From Raja brachyura (lineage: Eukaryota): DNA of 64,000 bases. A program made the position numbers and the translations under genes. The stretch covers positions 34,782,001 to 34,846,000 of the forward strand of contig OY740806.1 of the NCBI GenBank assembly GCA_963514005.1, written 5' to 3'. A model generated the notes under the pieces. It was not told where the DNA came from. It saw only the letters and a list, made by a program, of their open reading frames with translations, and did not search any database. Shown here in pieces: positions 1 through 12,730 of the stretch (the stretch's first letter is position 1; every line of letters starts with the position of its first letter).

Positions 1-359
1 TGACCCTTCTTCAGACTGAGAGTCAGGAGAAAGAGAAACAAGAGATATAGAAGGTAAATAAAATAAATGAATAAAGGATTGTAAAAATCAATGATGATCA
101 AGGAAAGGTGGAGCCCACAATGGTCCATTGTTGGCTGTGGGATAGGTGCAACGAGTTATACAGACAGTGAAACTCCACAGGACGACAGTGAGACTAGCAC
201 GATGACTAGGGTGGGGGAGGGACGGAGAGAGAAGAAGGGTCTCAACCCGAAACGTCACCTATTCCTTTTCTCCAGAAATGCTGCCTGACCTGCTGAGTTG
301 CTCCAGCGTTTTTTGTGTCTATCTTTGGTGTAAACCAACATCTGCAGTTCTCTTCTACA
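1..359. mobile_element. Penelope-like insertion: 3' UTR on - (1-230) joined to an inverted terminal repeat on + (231-359)
   Basis: 1-230 is reverse-complement-homologous to the UTR at 30980-31190; 231-359 is the terminal repeat with its tail. Confidence 0.7.
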
Positions 360-974
360 AATACCAGTAACTGGCAGTCAGTCACCTCTCAAAATGGTCT
401 GAAGTACGTGGTGACAGGAGTGGAGAAATATCCGAATGGTACAGCAGAGGGAGCTCTCATGAGGTTGACAAAGGAGCCAATGAGTTTCAGAGAAACATTC
501 TTTACTCTGCATCGAAGAGCAAGTGCTTCTACGAGACACTAGATTGATGTAATGGAATGCACATAACCTGCTGGCACTGGCATCAATTTCTTTGATATAC
601 CTGTATGTGAAAATGTACGTTCCGCATCTGTCATTATACCTAAACTACCATAATCCGTCACTTGGTCCCCAGCCTGTAACTCACTCCTCGGTATCTGTTT
701 GATGATGAAACATCCAAACACCTCAAATAGATTTCACACTTGAACACTCCACCAGATAGCTCTGATTCAACATATATACTGTAAATCACCCAGTCCCCGG
801 CACTGGATTCGAACCTGGAACTCACTCCTGAATATCTGTTTTCTGTACAAAATTAATGAAACCCTTCAATTAAATTCTGATTTATAATTTCTGAGTGTCC
901 TGGGTTTTGAACGGGATTTGAGTCTTTTTCCTGAATGCAGAATCTTTTCCAAAACAGTCTTTTTTCCCAGGGTA

Positions 975-1207
975 GCTCGCGGTCAAGACTCCATCGACTT
1001 TTTTAAGTCGAGACTTAAAACTCACCTTTACTCTCAAGCCTTTCTTGATGTCCTCTGAGGGAGGGCTATATGTGTGTATTTATGTATGTACTTAATCTAT
1101 GAACCACTGTTGTACAACGTTAGTACCTCCACTAATGTAAAGCACTTTGGCCAACGAGAGTTGTTTTTTTAAATGTGCTATCGAAATAAAAGTGACTTGA
1201 CGACTTA
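975..1207 (+). mobile_element. L2 LINE 3' end nested in a CR1 3' fragment (about 930-1440)
   Basis: Reads FKSRLKTHLYSQAF, then the TGTAAAGCACTTTG...AAATAAAAG tail with GACTT repeats; the flanks continue as CR1 3' sequence. Confidence 0.7.
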
Positions 1208-2705
1208 AAGTGAGAGGGAAGGATATAATAGTAACCCGAGGGACAACTTTTTCATCTATCAGAGGGCGGTGAATATATGGAACGAGTTGCCAGAGGAGGT
1301 GGTTGAGGCCAATACAATCACGCCATTTAAATGACTCTTGGACAGGTACAGGTTTAGAGGGATATGCGCCAAACACAGGCAGATGGGACTAGCTCAGATA
1401 GTCAGCAAGGATGAGTTGGGCCGAACGGCCTGTATGACCGCCTCCATTACTTTATCTATTTTTCTACATATAAACCTCCTAAAATCTTCAATTGCATTCC
1501 AGCCTGTGATTCTTTCCCAGGTATGTGTTAATCCATCTTTAATTATATGAATAGTAATCATTTAGCCTGTCTGAAATAATTCTGGTTAAACTTCACAACA
1601 AACATTTTAAATTGAGAAAGCAGTGTCACCCTTTTATTAAAGGTCTTTTACCCGGTTTAAAGAAGTACAGGCATCTTCTTTCATGTTATCTGTTAATCTA
1701 CATTCTAATAATAGGCTGTATTCTGTTGCTGAGGTTGGCGAGACAGTGTTTAAGAATAGAAACACTACAGGGATCGAATGCTGGCAGCAGGAGTGTGTCC
1801 AAGTGCATCTCACTCAGATCAACTGGATGCAGAGTCAGGGAATTCAGCGATCTGTCATCACTTAAAAATAGGAGTGTGTTGCTAATGTACCTCTAGACTA
1901 GAACCCTGTGAACTCCAAGGTCAAATTAGTGTGGGCCTATAAATATATATAGAGAGAGGAATGACCCTTAGATTAAGGATAACTGGGTCACCAAGAGACA
2001 CTCACCCCATGTCATGCATCTGAGAACTTTGGTAAAGGATCATGAGGTGTCTTGGCATGGGCCTCCATGAGAGGTTAGTTTGGTTCAGCCTCATTCAGTT
2101 GCTGAAACATTTGGTGGATTTTATTTTTACTGATCAACTCACACGTCAATTGAAGTAGATTTAACAACAGCGTTCAAAGGAGAATTGCAATGTACAACTG
2201 AGAAGGGAAAGAATTGCTGGGTTATGTTAAAAGAAGAGAGAGTGGGACCTACTTTCTTTTTTTCAGTTCTTTCAAACATCCAACCTTTGTCGATGCTATC
2301 TCCCTTCCCCGGCCCAGACGTTTAGGACTTGTAACTCTGTCGGCACGTATATGTGGCGACTCTCTGCATCCTTTGTGTAAGGTAGGTCAGCCATGATCAC
2401 ATTGAATGGCAGTGCTGGCTCGAAGGGCCGATGGCCTACTCCTGCACCTATTGTCAATTGTCAAAGCAAAGAATTTCACTGTGGTATGTCATATGTAAAT
2501 ATGAAAGTATCATTCAATCAAGATGATCAATCTTTGAGGAGATGCAGACATTTAGAGTATTCTGGCCATAGCAACGGGCAAACCGACTACTGGGATCTGA
2601 ATCAAGTTGGATAAAAGACCAAAAGCAAAAAGGATAAGTGGAATGAATGCAAGGTGACACAGATGCAGATCAAATATTGCTACTGCTGCACAGATCCAGT
2701 GAAAG

Positions 2706-2790
2706 GCACAACAAGCTGGAGTAACTCAGTGGGACAGGCAGCATCTCTGGAGAGAAGAAATGGGTGACGTTTTGTGTCGAGACCCTTCAT
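2706..2790 (-). mobile_element. Penelope terminal-repeat fragment
   Basis: Family motif GCTGGAGTAACTCAG..GCAGCATCTCTGGAGAGAAG..GTCGAGACCCTTC, flanked by direct repeat ATCCAGTGA. Confidence 0.75.
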
Positions 2791-3468
2791 CCAGTGACCC
2801 TGGCTTGATCCTGATTTTTAGTTCTATCTGTATGTTCTTTTGCAATCGCATGTGTACTCACAGTTCCGCCCACATACTAAAGAAATCCTGGTTACTACGT
2901 TACTCCAAGTGAAGGTGGGTGACAGTGGAATAAGTGGGAGTTGATGGGTATTGGAGAGAATAAATTACAGTGAGAAATGAGGGATGAAAGAATTGCTTTC
3001 TTAGCTGGCTTAGATTTGATGGGCTGAACAGCCTGATTCTACATCATACGCAAATACAAGAAGACCTTTGTTAGAATGCTTTTGGAATATTGCGAGTTGC
3101 TTTTCTTTCCCAATGTTGGACAAGCCGGGGAATGAAAATGTGAAATTGGAGATTCACTGGATGCCAATGAAGATGAAGTTCTAATTATTGATGAAAGACT
3201 GGATGAGGAATATAATCAGAGTCCAAAAGGCCTGGATCCGTTGGAAAAGATGCATTTTAAATTTAGCTAATGTTTCATACCACAGAAAATTTAATTTGCA
3301 ATGTCACACAAGGTGTTACCACATCTAATGTCGAGGAAAATGCCATATATTTTTACTTTTGAAAATTAAATAACTTCAGTCTGTTTCCTCATTTTTAATC
3401 TTTCATTTAAAAATAAGTATAAACCTCGACCACTGGCCCTATTGTTTCAAAGGTGAATGTGACCCACT

Positions 3469-3545
3469 CATTTGAATTATGGTATTGTATGCAGTTCATT
3501 TATTTGCATAAAGTGTGAACTGCATACAATGCCATGATTCAAATG
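3469..3545 (+). other. Unique 30-bp-arm hairpin with an octamer motif in the loop
   Basis: 3469-3498 pairs with 3516-3545 (28 Watson-Crick plus 2 G:T); ATTTGCAT at 3502-3509. Confidence 0.85.
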
Positions 3546-4329
3546 CGTGTCCCATGTTCCTCCAGTTTAAAGGGATATACTCTCAATTCACGAGTAGCTC
3601 CTGCTATTGAAGGGGCCCTGCTCCTTCCTATCTGCTGATTAACTGTGGTGTAACTTTGGACCCCAGTCTTCATTGTTGATAACCTCAGATTTAAGGCTTT
3701 AAGGTATGGAAGGAGAAGTGACCTGAATTTGTTTTCGTCGACATATATTGTGGTAGGACATGATCCAGGTTCTTGCAGTACGGCGGCCAGCTGACCATAA
3801 ATGCCAGCTGAGGATTTCCCTGTTTGGTCTCGGTCTCTCTCTCTGCCCCCGCACCTCTCTCTGTTCCTGTCCTTTTAACCTGGCCTGCTTCGATTCTTTA
3901 AAAAAAAATCTCTTATCACTCTCTCTCTTTTCTCCCCTTTCTCTCCCTCTTGCTCTTTTTCCCTTTCTTTCTCTCTCTCTCTGTCTCTCTTTCTTTTTCT
4001 CTCTCTTTCTCTGTCCTCTCTTTCTCTATCCTCTCTTTCTCCCCCCCCCCCCCCCCCCCCATTTTATCTTCCTCACTCACTATTCTGTCTCAGCTTTAGC
4101 ACTGTGCCGTTAAATGTTCAGTGACCACTAGAAGTTTTCATATGTGGAAATATATTTAAGTCCAGGGATATTTGCTGCTCCCTTTTGCATTTGCAAATAT
4201 GGTGTTTGGGTAAGTAATCTAATGTTTTACTGAGTGAACTTAATGTTATTAGAAGCTGTCTTGCTTGAGACTATAATTTGCACCTTCTCCTGGGGAATTT
4301 AACCTCAGGGGAAAATTCGATAGAAAATT

Positions 4330-4780
4330 CCAAAAGGAACTTAAATACATGGTGGGGGCGTCAATTAGACATAAGAACCATTGTGTTGCGCCTTTGGTGA
4401 ACTTCCCAAAGTACTTCACAGAAACCTCATTGGCGCAAAGCCAAGGAGGATATTTTAACTCAGGTGATCAAAGGTTTGGCATGGGAAGAGGTTTCAAACC
4501 AGTTATGTTAAGGGAAGGAGAGGTTGAAGGGATGAAAGCCAGAGCTGAGAGTTCAGTGAGCCGAAGACACAGCCTCAATGGTGGGAAATCTACAAGACAG
4601 TAGAATTGGAGTAATACATTGATCTCCAAGGGTTCTTAGGATGAAGGTTAGAAAGGTAAAGAGGATTGAGAGAAGGAAGGAATGTGAAGTTTTAAATTTT
4701 AATTTGCACTGTTAAATGGAAGCATTGTCAGCTGGGATACAGTGTAGGTCAATGAACTGAAGGGTAGCAGATGAACAAGC
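4330..4780 (-). mobile_element. Old L2-like LINE 3' fragment
   Basis: Degenerate similarity to the blocks at 29800-30050, 34690-35100 and 47040-47270. Confidence 0.4.
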
Positions 4781-5196
4781 CTCAATGCCAGCTGAATGAC
4801 CTGTCAAAGGGGAAGTCTGAAACGGTGAAAGGCCTTTATCTGTTCCAGACTTTTGTGGTCTTTTTCCGATATTCCCTCCACATTGAGAGCTTGCATGCAT
4901 TCCACATTGGAACCACATAATGGGACCAGTGAGCACCTTCATGTGAGATCTCAGTACAGTCGGATGTCAAGACGCTTTTAAAGCAAGCTCATTGGATGGC
5001 TTGGAGAGGAGCTAATCACACAACAAAGAGGAATCCATGAGATACAAAGTATGGGCAATGTGAAGTCCAACCCTGATTGGTCTCAGCGTTTGTTGTCGGT
5101 GTTGAGGCCAATCTGCTGGTCAGGGAGAAGAGCGGTGGTCTGAAACCTAGAGTTAGGTGCCGAGGGCAGATAAAAGGAAGGAATGGGAAACAGTTA

Positions 5197-5520
5197 GAAG
5201 GGTCTCGACCCAAAACGTCACCAATTCCGTCTCTCCAGAGATGCTGCCTGTCCCGCTGAGTTACTCCAGCTTTTTGTGTCTATCTTCGGTTTAAGCCAGC
5301 ATCTGCAGTTCCTTCCTAAACAGTTAATATAGATTTGGTAAAGGAGTTAGAGGCACTGAAAGGGACACGTTAGAGAAGATAGGAGTTAATATTTATCAAT
5401 TTGGTGCTGACAGGTTTGGAGTCTGAAGAAGGGTCTCGACCATAGACATCACCCATTCCTTCGCTCTGGAGATGCTGCCTGTCCCGTTGAGTTACTCCGG
5501 TATTTTGTGTCTGTCTTTGG
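5197..5520 (+). mobile_element. Two Penelope terminal-repeat inserts (5197-5322, 5420-5520)
   Basis: Family consensus; TSDs AAACAGTTA and TTTGGAGT respectively. Confidence 0.75.
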
Positions 5521-5805
5521 AGTTACGTTACGTTGATTTGTTTAATGTTTTGAGATGTATCGAGCTAGATGACAAGCAAAGATAAGGCCGGTTGTGACAG
5601 TGATATCTCATGTAGTGGAACTGCATTATATCTGAAGAAAGGGCACTTGTTCGTGGATTGGAGCCCATATTCCACAGCTAGACTGATATCTTAGCATATC
5701 ATTTCTGAGAGATGGATTATTGAAAATATTATAACATGTAAAAAAGAACAACATCTCTTGTCTTTTGAGTCAAAGCAATGAGAGAGGACAGGAGGAAGGA
5801 ATTTG

Positions 5806-6115
5806 TAGGAAAGAACTGCAGATGCTGGTTTAAATCGAAGGTAGACACACAATGCTGGAGTACACAGCGGGGCAGGTGGCATCTCTGGAGAGAAGTGGGT
5901 GACGTTTCGGGTCGAGACCCTTCTTCAGACTAATCCTAAATTTCCTTACCTTTATATGCTTTAATCTGTTGTTTTCACACCTTACCAATGCATATCTCTA
6001 GTCTCCCTCCCCGATTCTCAGTCTGATGAAGAGTCTCCACCTGAAACGTTACCCCTTCCTTCTCTCCAGGGATGCTGCCTGTCCCACTGTTACTCCAGCA
6101 TTTTGTGTCTACCTT
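5806..6115. mobile_element. Inverted Penelope terminal-repeat pair; the - arm has an intact hammerhead-like core (5901-5928)
   Basis: The - strand at 5901-5928 reads CTGAAGA-AGGGTCTCGACCC-GAAA-CG-TC; the + arm 5960-6115 includes part of the UTR. Confidence 0.75.
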
Positions 6116-6159
6116 AGATGAGAGAGGAAGGCAGAGAGACCTGCACATCCCCATCATCT

Positions 6160-6432
6160 CGCTGTTAAAAAGGTCCTGGATGTTGAAATGTTCAAAACTT
6201 TTCGGCGACAGTCGATGACCATGGGCTTGTCGTACCTTGTCTTCTCCTGACGTAGGTGCTGTTGTAGGTTGTCGCCGGTGCTGACTTCGGTGAATTCCAT
6301 TGTCGTAGCCTCCGGCAGTCGCCTAAAAAATGCCTTCGTGGGACAGGCCCATTAGTCCAGTCACCGGTTTTCGACGACCTGCTACGCCCATGACAGTCGC
6401 CTAAAAAATTGCCTAGTGGGACAAGCCCTTTA
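6160..6432. mobile_element. Non-autonomous DNA transposon fragment, PIF/Harbinger-like, with two copies of the same terminus
   Basis: GTCGCCTAAAAAAT..GTGGGACA(G/A)GCCC(A/T)TTA at about 6318-6354 and 6396-6432; CpG-rich internal GTCG repeats; ends in TTA. Confidence 0.5.
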
Positions 6433-6829
6433 GGAGACCCAGTTATCTAAATAATCTCAATTGTGTGTCAGAAATTGGCAGCTCGCAATCATGTTTGATG
6501 CAGTGCCTGACCCCAGATGACCAGGTACACAGCGGGAGGTCAGAGCAATGCTGGGGACTCTGCTGATGATCGCTCCATTCAACCTATTATTGACCTTTTA
6601 TTCATTTTTTAATTCAAAAAATCAGAAACAATTTCTTTAGGTGCAGTAAGTAGAATACATTTTTTTAAAAATTATAGTTTGCAGAATCCTTTAGTCTTTC
6701 CTGTTGAGTTTACGAAGGTGAAGTTTGATGTGTAGGCTGTGATTGTATTTTTGATTCATCAATTAAGAGAAAAGAAACTATCTGATTAAACATTCAGATC
6801 AATAGAGCCTATGACAGATTCTGTATTTC

Positions 6830-6928
6830 TTTAAGAAAGAACTGCAGTTGCTGGAAAAATCGAAGGTAGACAAAAATGCTGAAGAAACTCAGCGGGTGAG
6901 GCAGCATCTATGGAGCGAAGGAATAGGC
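6830..6928 (-). mobile_element. Penelope terminal repeat, subfamily 2
   Basis: TTTAAGAAAGAACTGCAG..GAAGGTAGACAAAAATGCTG..CATCTATGGAGCGAAGG. Confidence 0.75.
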
Positions 6929-7774
6929 ATTTCTTTGGTGATTGTTCTGATGGGTCCAAAGTGTGGGTACCACACTCTACATAGTTTCTGGGTATTGCTT
7001 CAGTATAAGATTGAGCGGATCCTAGTCACATATTGAGACATAAGATGCCAATATCTCCGACTATCTGACTATCTTCATTGCTCCCACTACCTAGTTTTAA
7101 ACATTCTTGAGGCAACTCAGGCAGGACGTCAATTCTGATGCCTTTATGGTTGAATAGTCTGTGCTCCTTTCAGCTGGAATACAGAGTTGGTTTTCCAAGT
7201 CAACGCACTCCTGGTTGGAGAAAATGTGTTCGATAATGAGCTTTGCCCAGGCACGCTGAGGAGCTGTTTGTCCTGAGGTTTGGTGTGTACTTTGCACTTA
7301 CTCGCCTCTCCCCAAGACCCCTTGCCAAACAGTTGCTTGTTCAAGAGACACAACTGTTTTGTTTTGTCGATGGGACTGGTCTGCTGAGATTTATTTTGTT
7401 CTTGTGTGGCCAATCTGTCACCCAGCGAATTACCATACCTTTTCACAGTCTGTTACGCTGGCATTGCCTCCATTTTGCAAATACGTTGAAGTGATTTTGT
7501 GTCTGATGGCGGTTTTTCCTGTGCAGGGTTTTTGATGCAGACAGAATGAATTGATTCAATGACTTGAGACAGTCCATGGTCAGCTCCATCCCACCATGGA
7601 GCGCAGGGGGAGCGCACATTTCTATTCCACTTTTATAACAAATGCAGAAACTGTCCTTTACTGGAGGGAAAATTGGGAACATCGAGTCACAAGATTTAAT
7701 CTTCCCTTTCTGCTCCCCTTTATCCCACCATCCCTCACCCTTTGGTTTCTCCACTTTACACATCACTTCTTCAG

Positions 7775-8230
7775 TAATGAACCATTCCACATTTCATTAC
7801 CATTATCTGCTTTGATCTGTTGTTTTCACACCTTACCCTTCCATTTCTCTAGACTTCCTCTCCCCCGATTCTTAGTCTGAAGAACTGTCTCCACCTGAAA
7901 CGTCGCCTATTCCTTCTCTCCAGAGATGCCGCCTGACCCGCAGACGAGGAAACACTTTTTCTCACAGAGAGTTGTGAGTCTGTGGAATTCTCTGCCTCAG
8001 TGGGCGGTGGAGGCCGTTCTCTGGATGCTTTCAAGAGAGAGCTAGATAGGGCTCTTAAAGATAGCTGAGTCAGGGGATATGGGGAGAAAGCAGGAACGGC
8101 GGTACTGGATGGCGGTACTGGCTCGAAGGGCCGAATGGCCTATTCCTGCACCTATTGTCTATTGTCTTACTTTAGCATTTTGTGTCGATCTTTAGTGTAT
8201 AATGAGCACCTGCAGTTCCTTCTTACACAC
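7775..8230 (+). mobile_element. Penelope 3' fragment interrupted by a CR1 3' fragment (about 7943-8167)
   Basis: The terminal repeat breaks at 7942 and resumes at about 8168. The insert encodes the CR1 C-terminal ..FFSQRVVSLWNSLPQ.. region and the CCGAATGGCCT..CTATTGT tail. Confidence 0.7.
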
Positions 8231-8767
8231 TTCATTAATTTGGGAGCCTCCTGCCAATCTACCTTGATTAGTTCCTGCTGCTAATTGGAGGAGAGTATAA
8301 TGGGTGGGATTGTGAGAATGATGCACTGTGAACTGCCTTGCTGATTGGTCAAATTTGTGAGAGAGACGGCACTTTCCTCCCACTTTCCCGTACAAATGGG
8401 TATCAGGAAGGATATTTGCATTTCCACAAAATCAGATGGCAGGGCACGCATTAAAGATTTAGAGTGCAGAAGAAGGAAGCCCTGCCGTGCCTTTGAAAGG
8501 TCAACCCATTAAACCCACTTCCAGGCTCTTTCTCCAGTGCCAGCTTTTCCCCTGCAGATTTTCATCCAATTTTCGGATATGCTTCCACCACTTTTGCCAG
8601 AAATGCATTCCAGATCAGAATGTAAATATTGTATTTTTTCTCTCCTCTGGTTCTTTTGTCCTTTTCCTTGAAGCTGCCCCCTGAGATAACGAAGCCCCCC
8701 CCCCCCCCCCCCCCCCCCCCCATTTTATTCTGCATTGTAACAGTTACTGCATATCATAAAGTACATC

Positions 8768-8872
8768 GTTTAAGAAGGAACTGCAGATGCTGGAAAATCG
8801 AAGGTAGACAAAAATGCTGGAGAAACTGCTGAGTTCACCCGCTGAGTTTCTCCAGCGTTTTTGTCTACCTTC
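8768..8872. mobile_element. Palindromic Penelope mini-insert inside a Deu-SINE tail
   Basis: Inverted arms; TSD TCATAAAGTA(C/T)AT at 8754-8766 and 8871-8883. Confidence 0.75.
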
Positions 8873-8976
8873 ATAAAGTATATTATTAGCCATAAAGCAC
8901 TTTGGTGCGTCATTAAGGTAACTTGACGAGCACTGTATAATTCTCTTTTTATTCCTTTAAAACATCTTCTAACTTT

Positions 8977-9205
8977 CTGAAGAACGGTCTGAAGTAAGGT
9001 CCTGACCCATAATGTCGCCTTCCATGTTCGCCAGAGATGCTACCTGACCTGCTTAGTTACCTCAGCATTAGAGTCGTAGAGTGATAGAATGTGGAAACAG
9101 GCCCTTCGGCCCAACTTGCCCACACTGGCCAACATGTCCCAGCTACACCACTCCCACCTGCCTGCGTTTGGTCCATATCCCTCCAAACCTGTCCTATCCA
9201 TGCAC
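8977..9205. mobile_element. Degenerate Penelope repeat (+) abutting a CR1-type 3' tail (-)
   Basis: Family motifs; GGAAACAGGCCCTTCGGCCCAAC CR1/HE1 tail. Confidence 0.6.
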
Positions 9206-9699
9206 CAATTTGAAACTTGGTACAATTCCACATTAAATTTTCCTTCTCAAATAATCCCATGTTCTCTCATCTCAGTACAAATAAACATACCTACTTTCAC
9301 TGAATATCAAATATCTAAATGCTTAATTATATCTCAGATGTGATCCCAGTCGCTCATTTCTAGATTTGGGAGAGCTTCTTCATTGTTTTACCTGCTACCA
9401 AGCAAAGAGGACTGTGTTGAAGTTTCCTGGTAAGGATCCCCAGCCTAAAAGTCCGTAGTCCAATCAGACTCTCATTAACATTGCATAGCCTTGCAGATTT
9501 TGACTGTTAATTCGTCAAATGACTGACTTCATGACAAAAAGCCAATCCAACATGTCATTTTCTCGTGATCCTCCAGTTCTCCCTCTCAGAACTAATCGGA
9601 ACCAAAATATCTTTCCGCCTTCTGTTGATATTATGAACATTTCTCCAGCAGATGTTCACTGTCTGATGTCCATAAAGTTCGAATTGGATTTTTAAGTTG

Positions 9700-10040
9700 A
9701 TTATTATCCCATTGTCGGATTGTAGACATCATTGGTAAGGCAGACATAAAGATGATAATGAACCATCTTCTTAAAATGCTGGAGTCCATGCAGTGTAAAT
9801 GCCCCTACAGCTCAGTTTCAGAAACGGATCTCGAGTTTTGGCCCAGCTACGGTGAGACGTTGCCCATATCAGAGTGGAATATGGCATGGAGGCAGCTTTG
9901 GAGATGATGGTGTTCCCGTGCACCTGCTCTCCTTGTCTTTCACTGGGAGATGCTGTTGAAAGAGCTTTGGCGTGTTCTTGCATTGCATCTTGCAGTGATA
10001 TGCACTGCAGCTATGCTGCACGCGTGGCGGGAGAAATGTA
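9700..10040 (-). mobile_element. Old LINE 3' fragment (related copies at 53500-53740 and 22240-22500)
   Basis: Shared degenerate sequence between copies (..GACCCAG..GGTGTTCCC..CTGCT..). Confidence 0.4.
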
Positions 10041-10104
10041 TCTTACAGTGACAGAATTGGGACTATATTTCTTGTCCAGTTTGCTGAGATGTCTCCTTTA
10101 TTAG

Positions 10105-10590
10105 CCGAGGGATAGAGTATAAAAGCAAGAAGATTTATCGAACACCAGTCGAATCATAGCTCCTGCATTATGTGCTGTTCTGGACACCACATAACAGGAA
10201 AGATATAAATGCATTGGAGAGGTATTGAGAGGACTTCTGAACGTTGCCAGGAATGGAATATTTTAGCTTTGATCTTAGCGTTGGCTCAAGATTGGATAAA
10301 CTAGGGTTATTTATAAAGGAAGCTGAGGGGAGACTAACTTGAGATGTATGAAATTATGAAGAGCTTTAGTGTAAATAAACTGTGTTCCTTTAACAAGGGG
10401 TCATAAACCAAGCAGATGGATTTAATGCATTAGTTGGGCAGGAGAGGAGAAGAGGAAAGGGTGTCTTCATCCAAAGGGTAGAGATGAAAGAGTGTTGGGA
10501 AGAGAAACCATGAGTGTGTTTAAAGGATATTCTAATGTTTACTTGGAGAACCTTATCCTGTCGGGCTACGGATATGTGCTGGAAGTGGAA
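10105..10590 (+). mobile_element. Old CR1 LINE 3' fragment
   Basis: Degenerate IEYKS..FWTPHNRKDINALERV..RGDL motifs. Confidence 0.6.
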
Positions 10591-12319
10591 AAGCTAGAGA
10601 GACACCAGGTAAATTACCCCCATCTGCATATTTTATTTTTTGCACACTTTTATGTACCTTACTTCCCATTGGTGACATCCAGCTTAGCTCTGGACTCCTG
10701 GTAACTTGGACTGCAACGGTTCGGGAAAGAAAATTCCCACAGCAGGGAAGTAGATTAATTAACTTTCAGGGAGCCTGTACCACCTTAATGGGCAGAATGG
10801 CCGTTTCCTTTCACTCTAAGAAGATGGGCCTCTGCGAGCTTATCAGGTGAAAAAATTCTGCTTTGCCAGCAACACTCTTATCCTAAGGACTAATTGAAAA
10901 AAATAACTGGCTGGGAAGCGAGGTCAAAGATTTGAGTTGAGGACATCCTTTTAATTAACATGTGGTGACTGGGGAGGAGGGCTGGAGTTCAATGTTTACT
11001 GCACAATAGTTTGTCCAAACTAAGTTCTAACATACTTAAAAAAAACATTATTTTGCTGGACATTTTTTTTCCTAGAAGGAAATGGCTCTTTAAGACAAAG
11101 TATTTTCCAGAATTAAAATTAAATAAACATTAAAAATCACAAATACAGCAGAAAGCATGGCCGAATGGCCTGATTCAGCACCATAATGAAATGAAATAGC
11201 ACCAGGTCTTCAGTTTAATCCGAGGTTTCATCGGTAGATTAAAGACAAAAAAGAGAAAAGAAATGCCATTTAAAATCAAAAGAAAGGTTTCTTTTATCCC
11301 CTTGGGCTCCACATAGTTGCCCAGGGAGCAACCATCCTTGGTGTGATAATCGATGAGCACAAGCCACTGTCTGCCTGGATGAGGGGGGGAGGGGGGAGTG
11401 GGGTGAGGGGGGGTGGGGGGAAGCCTGGTGATGTCATGCAGTTGGCACCACGAGCGTTGGCACATAGGTCAGATGCAGTCATTTCCCAGCTGCTGCCATC
11501 CAGCTGAACAAGCTCTTATTGTTGGGGAGTCATTTGCCTTGAATCCACCACCGAGAATACAGAAACCGGGAAAAGAAAAAGGAGGAGGTTTGTGATCCGA
11601 GTTCCCTTTTTTTAAAACGTAGTTTCTGTGTTTGTTGTCGAGAGGATTTCTGTTGAAGGTCGTGTCAGCGTTAATCTGGGAGGCACTAAAAAAAAAATGT
11701 TTTTTTAAAAATATAAGTGAATACATAGTCAAATGCTAAAAACGATTCATGAATAAATCTTACGATGGGTTTCTTTCTTTTTTTGGCTTCTGAGAGCAGG
11801 TTCTATCCTGTGGCGATTATCATGCTGCTGTTGAATTCTCTTTACGAGAGAGAGGACAACAGAGAAAGCCTTTTATCAGATTTATTTTTTGATGTGTTTT
11901 TTCCGCCTCTTCCTCCTGCCCACTCGGTGCCAGGGTCTGGGTCCCTTCCGATGCAGCTAGCGGCTAGTCAGTCGCGGCCAGGTCCTTCGTGCAACGTCTG
12001 GTGGGACAATGAGTCAGAGACGCGGCTAGTCTGCGCCCCCCCCTTTTTGTCCCTGGAGCTGGGAAGGGGGTTGGGTGAGGAAGGAAGATTAAGACCATCT
12101 CTTTTTTTTTTTGCTGATTGCCAGCCTTCCCCTTGGGTGTTGGAAGCTCATGCACACACGCTCCACAATATGATACCCAAGTGAAAGGGTACTGCGCGTC
12201 CTACACAAGCTGCATTCTACCAGCCTTCCCATCCGCTCGATGCCTTCCCCACACCGTCGACAATCCAGATGGGGATGAACCAGTCGATTTCCCCAAATTA
12301 GAGGCACGCGTAATGACTA

Positions 12320-12590
12320 GCTGGCTCAGGGCGCAGTGGTTTGTTGGTTATGTGGCTGGACTAGTAATCCAGAGGCATCAGTAATAATCCGATAACAATG
12401 CGAGTCCAGATCACATTGTGGCACTTTGAGAATTTAAATTTGGGCTTTAAATAAATCTATAAATAGAAACTAAGGCTCAGTCAAAGTGACCACAAAGAGG
12501 CTTGCAAAGACCCATTTGACCGTCTCGAAAGATAAAATCTGCCATTTTTACCCACTCTGGGCCAATTTGTAACACCATTCCATTTTAGGA
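12320..12590 (+). mobile_element. tRNA-derived SINE, old
   Basis: tRNA-like head GCGCAGTGG..TGGACTAGTAATCCAGAGG..; a related decayed copy lies at about 13290-13550. Confidence 0.45.
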
Positions 12591-12609
12591 ACCATTTTAG
12601 GAATTTTAG

Positions 12610-12730
12610 GTCCAGACCTGAAACGTCACCCATTCCTTCTCTCCAGAGATGCTGCCTGTCCCGCTGAGTTACTCCAGCGTTTTGTATCTATCTTCGGTAT
12701 AAACCAACAATTGCAGACCCTTCCTACGCA
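12610..12730 (+). mobile_element. Penelope terminal repeat with tail
   Basis: GAAACGTCACCCATTCCTTCTCTCCAGAGATGCTGCC... family consensus. Confidence 0.75.
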
